A program made the position numbers and the translations under genes. Positions 62,190 through 64,000 of a DNA stretch of 64,000 nucleotides are shown here, piece after piece. The stretch's first letter is position 1. Every line of letters starts with the position of its first letter. Where the stretch lies: positions 1,612,001-1,676,000 of the forward strand of contig OZ025782.1 of assembly GCA_964019425.1 (NCBI GenBank), in the 5' to 3' direction. Source of the DNA: Flectonema sp. DT1601 (Eukaryota). The notes under the pieces were generated by a model that saw nothing but the letters and a program-made list of their open reading frames with translations, had not been told where the DNA came from and did no database searches.

Positions 62190-63590
62190 ATGGAGAAGGA
62201 CCCAGAAAACTTGGAATACTTGAGATCTCAGAATGTTCCAGACCTGGTTGACGGAGCCATTCAGCAGCTCGTGAAGGAGAAGCCGAAGGATGCCGGTCCA
62301 TGGCTCGCTGAGTACTTTGACTACCCACCACACGGTATTGCCCGTGGTGTTAAGAAGCTCGAAGGATGGATTCAATTGGGATGTGGTGACAAGCCATACA
62401 ACTGCACCGAGAAGAAAGCAACCTTCGCACCTGATGGAAAGTGTCCAGCAGAGTTACCAGATCTCTCTCAGCACAATAACTTCATGGCTGAGTTCCTAAG
62501 AGATCACAAAGATATCTACGACAAGTACAAGGATGTTAGTACTCCGAATGGTATCACTCTAGCAATGTGTATGAAGACTGGAGTTGATAATCCAGGTCAT
62601 CCTCACATTAAGACAGTTGGATTGACTGCAGGAGATGAGGAATCGTATGATGTGTTCAAAGAAATCTTTGATCCAATTATTGATGCTCGTCACAGTGGTT
62701 ACGGACCTGAGGCTAAACAACCAACTGATCTCGACCTATCGAAGGTCAGCGACACTGACATGGATCCTGACAACAAGTACATCGAAACCACTCGTGTGAG
62801 AACTGGTCGTTCGATCAGAGGATTTCGTCTTCCGCCAACCATCGGATTTGAGGAGCGTCGTAAGTTGGAAGCTCTCTCAGTGAAGGGATTGAAGAACTTG
62901 GCAGGTGATCTGAAAGGAGATTACTACCCACTCCATGGAAGTCACTCGTACGCTGTGAAGCCTAACGGTATGTCAGAGGAGAAGGAAGGAGAGCTTCGTA
63001 AGATGGGCAACCTCTTCCAAGAGCCTGACAGCACTTTATTGTTAGCTAGTGGAATGGGTCGTCACTGGCCTGATGGAAGAGGAGTGTTTCACAATGAAGA
63101 CAAGAACTTGTTCGTTTGGGTGGGAGAAGAAGACCATTTGAGAATTGTCAGCATGCAGAGAGACAAGAACATGAAGGAAACTTTTGGAAGGTTTGTTAGA
63201 AGTTGTGAAGAAGTTCAGAAAGTATTGAAGACTGAAGGCAGTGACTTCATGCACTCAGATCACTTGGGATGGGTGTTGACTTGTCCTTCTAATTTAGGAA
63301 CTGGTTTAAGAGCAGGAACAATGGTAAACTTGCCTCTATTAAGTGCTAGAGCTGACTTCAAGGACGTCTTGAAGAAGATGAGACTCCAGGCCAGAGGAAC
63401 TGGTGGAGTTGATTCTGCATCGAGTGGAGGGAAATGGGACATTTCAAATGCTGACAGAATTGGAAGATCAGAAGTCGAGTTAGTGAACCTCCTTATTGAA
63501 GGAGTCGCTCAATGTATTAAGTGGGAGAAACTACTCGAGGAAGGAAAGACTGATGAAGTTGACAAGGCCGTCGCAGCCCTGGAGGGATAG
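62190..63590 (+). CDS. ATP:guanido phosphotransferase, creatine-kinase-like, with N-terminal Dpy-30/RIIa-like motif
   Basis: Motifs LPDLSQHNN, TGVDNPGHP, RVRTGRS, GEEDHLR, CPSNLGTG, RGTGGVD, DISNADRIG. Confidence 0.95.
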   Translation: MEKDPENLEYLRSQNVPDLVDGAIQQLVKEKPKDAGPWLAEYFDYPPHGIARGVKKLEGWIQLGCGDKPYNCTEKKATFAPDGKCPAELPDLSQHNNFMAEFLRDHKDIYDKYKDVSTPNGITLAMCMKTGVDNPGHPHIKTVGLTAGDEESYDVFKEIFDPIIDARHSGYGPEAKQPTDLDLSKVSDTDMDPDNKYIETTRVRTGRSIRGFRLPPTIGFEERRKLEALSVKGLKNLAGDLKGDYYPLHGSHSYAVKPNGMSEEKEGELRKMGNLFQEPDSTLLLASGMGRHWPDGRGVFHNEDKNLFVWVGEEDHLRIVSMQRDKNMKETFGRFVRSCEEVQKVLKTEGSDFMHSDHLGWVLTCPSNLGTGLRAGTMVNLPLLSARADFKDVLKKMRLQARGTGGVDSASSGGKWDISNADRIGRSEVELVNLLIEGVAQCIKWEKLLEEGKTDEVDKAVAALEG

Positions 63591-64000
63591 AAATACCATT
63601 TTACGATTTAATAATTTACTTTTCCTTCCATTGTACACTACTTATGGTTGTCTGTTCTAATTTTCGAATTTTTCACAAAAAAAAAAAAAGCAATAATAAA
63701 AAAACAAAAGTACCCCTTCCCTTTCATCCCCACTAGTACACATAATACACTCTTTCGCATTTACCTTTTATTCCGCTAACATGAGCAGAAGCTGCTGAGA
63801 ATTGCTTAACGAAATCTGGTAAAATAAACCTTTGTAGATAGAAAAAAAAAAGAAAAAAAAATAATGTTCATATTTCTTATATGATTAACTTTCCTCCCTA
63901 TTTTATTGCTTTCCTTACAAAGCAGACTAGTTAAAAGTATAAACGCGTTTTTAGTACACATGTTTGGTGGTATTGCTGAGGCATCCTGTCGTTGTCGAGA

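Overview
AT-rich eukaryotic DNA with long poly(A)/poly(T) tracts. All intact genes lie on the + strand, have short GT-AG introns, and are preceded by pyrimidine-tract/AG sites. With the trypanosome-like receptor adenylyl cyclases (ACs), this suggests a euglenozoan, probably a diplonemid (inference, not confirmed). The left 46 kb hold five class III AC genes on one chassis: HAMP-like linker, active AC domain, degenerate second cyclase domain. Three carry an N-terminal GPCR-like 7TM(+1) domain (2729, 15393, 19454; the last two are a recent head-to-tail duplication). Two carry a 2-TM extracellular sensor (31912, 42304). Other genes: Sas10/Utp3, a secreted LpqC/PHB-depolymerase-like esterase, EF-hand and coiled-coil hypotheticals, glucose-6-phosphate 1-epimerase and a creatine-kinase-like phosphagen kinase (both with N-terminal Dpy-30/RIIa-like docking motifs), an acylated RCC1 protein and a tocopherol-cyclase-family protein. 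Mobile DNA: a truncated tyrosine-recombinase retroelement, a 1.7-kb TIR DNA-transposon derivative, a 28S-rRNA-derived insertion with a 15-bp TSD, a 0.5-kb insert with an (ACTAA)n tail, and several short dispersed repeats. All family assignments come from motif recognition by eye; no searches were run.
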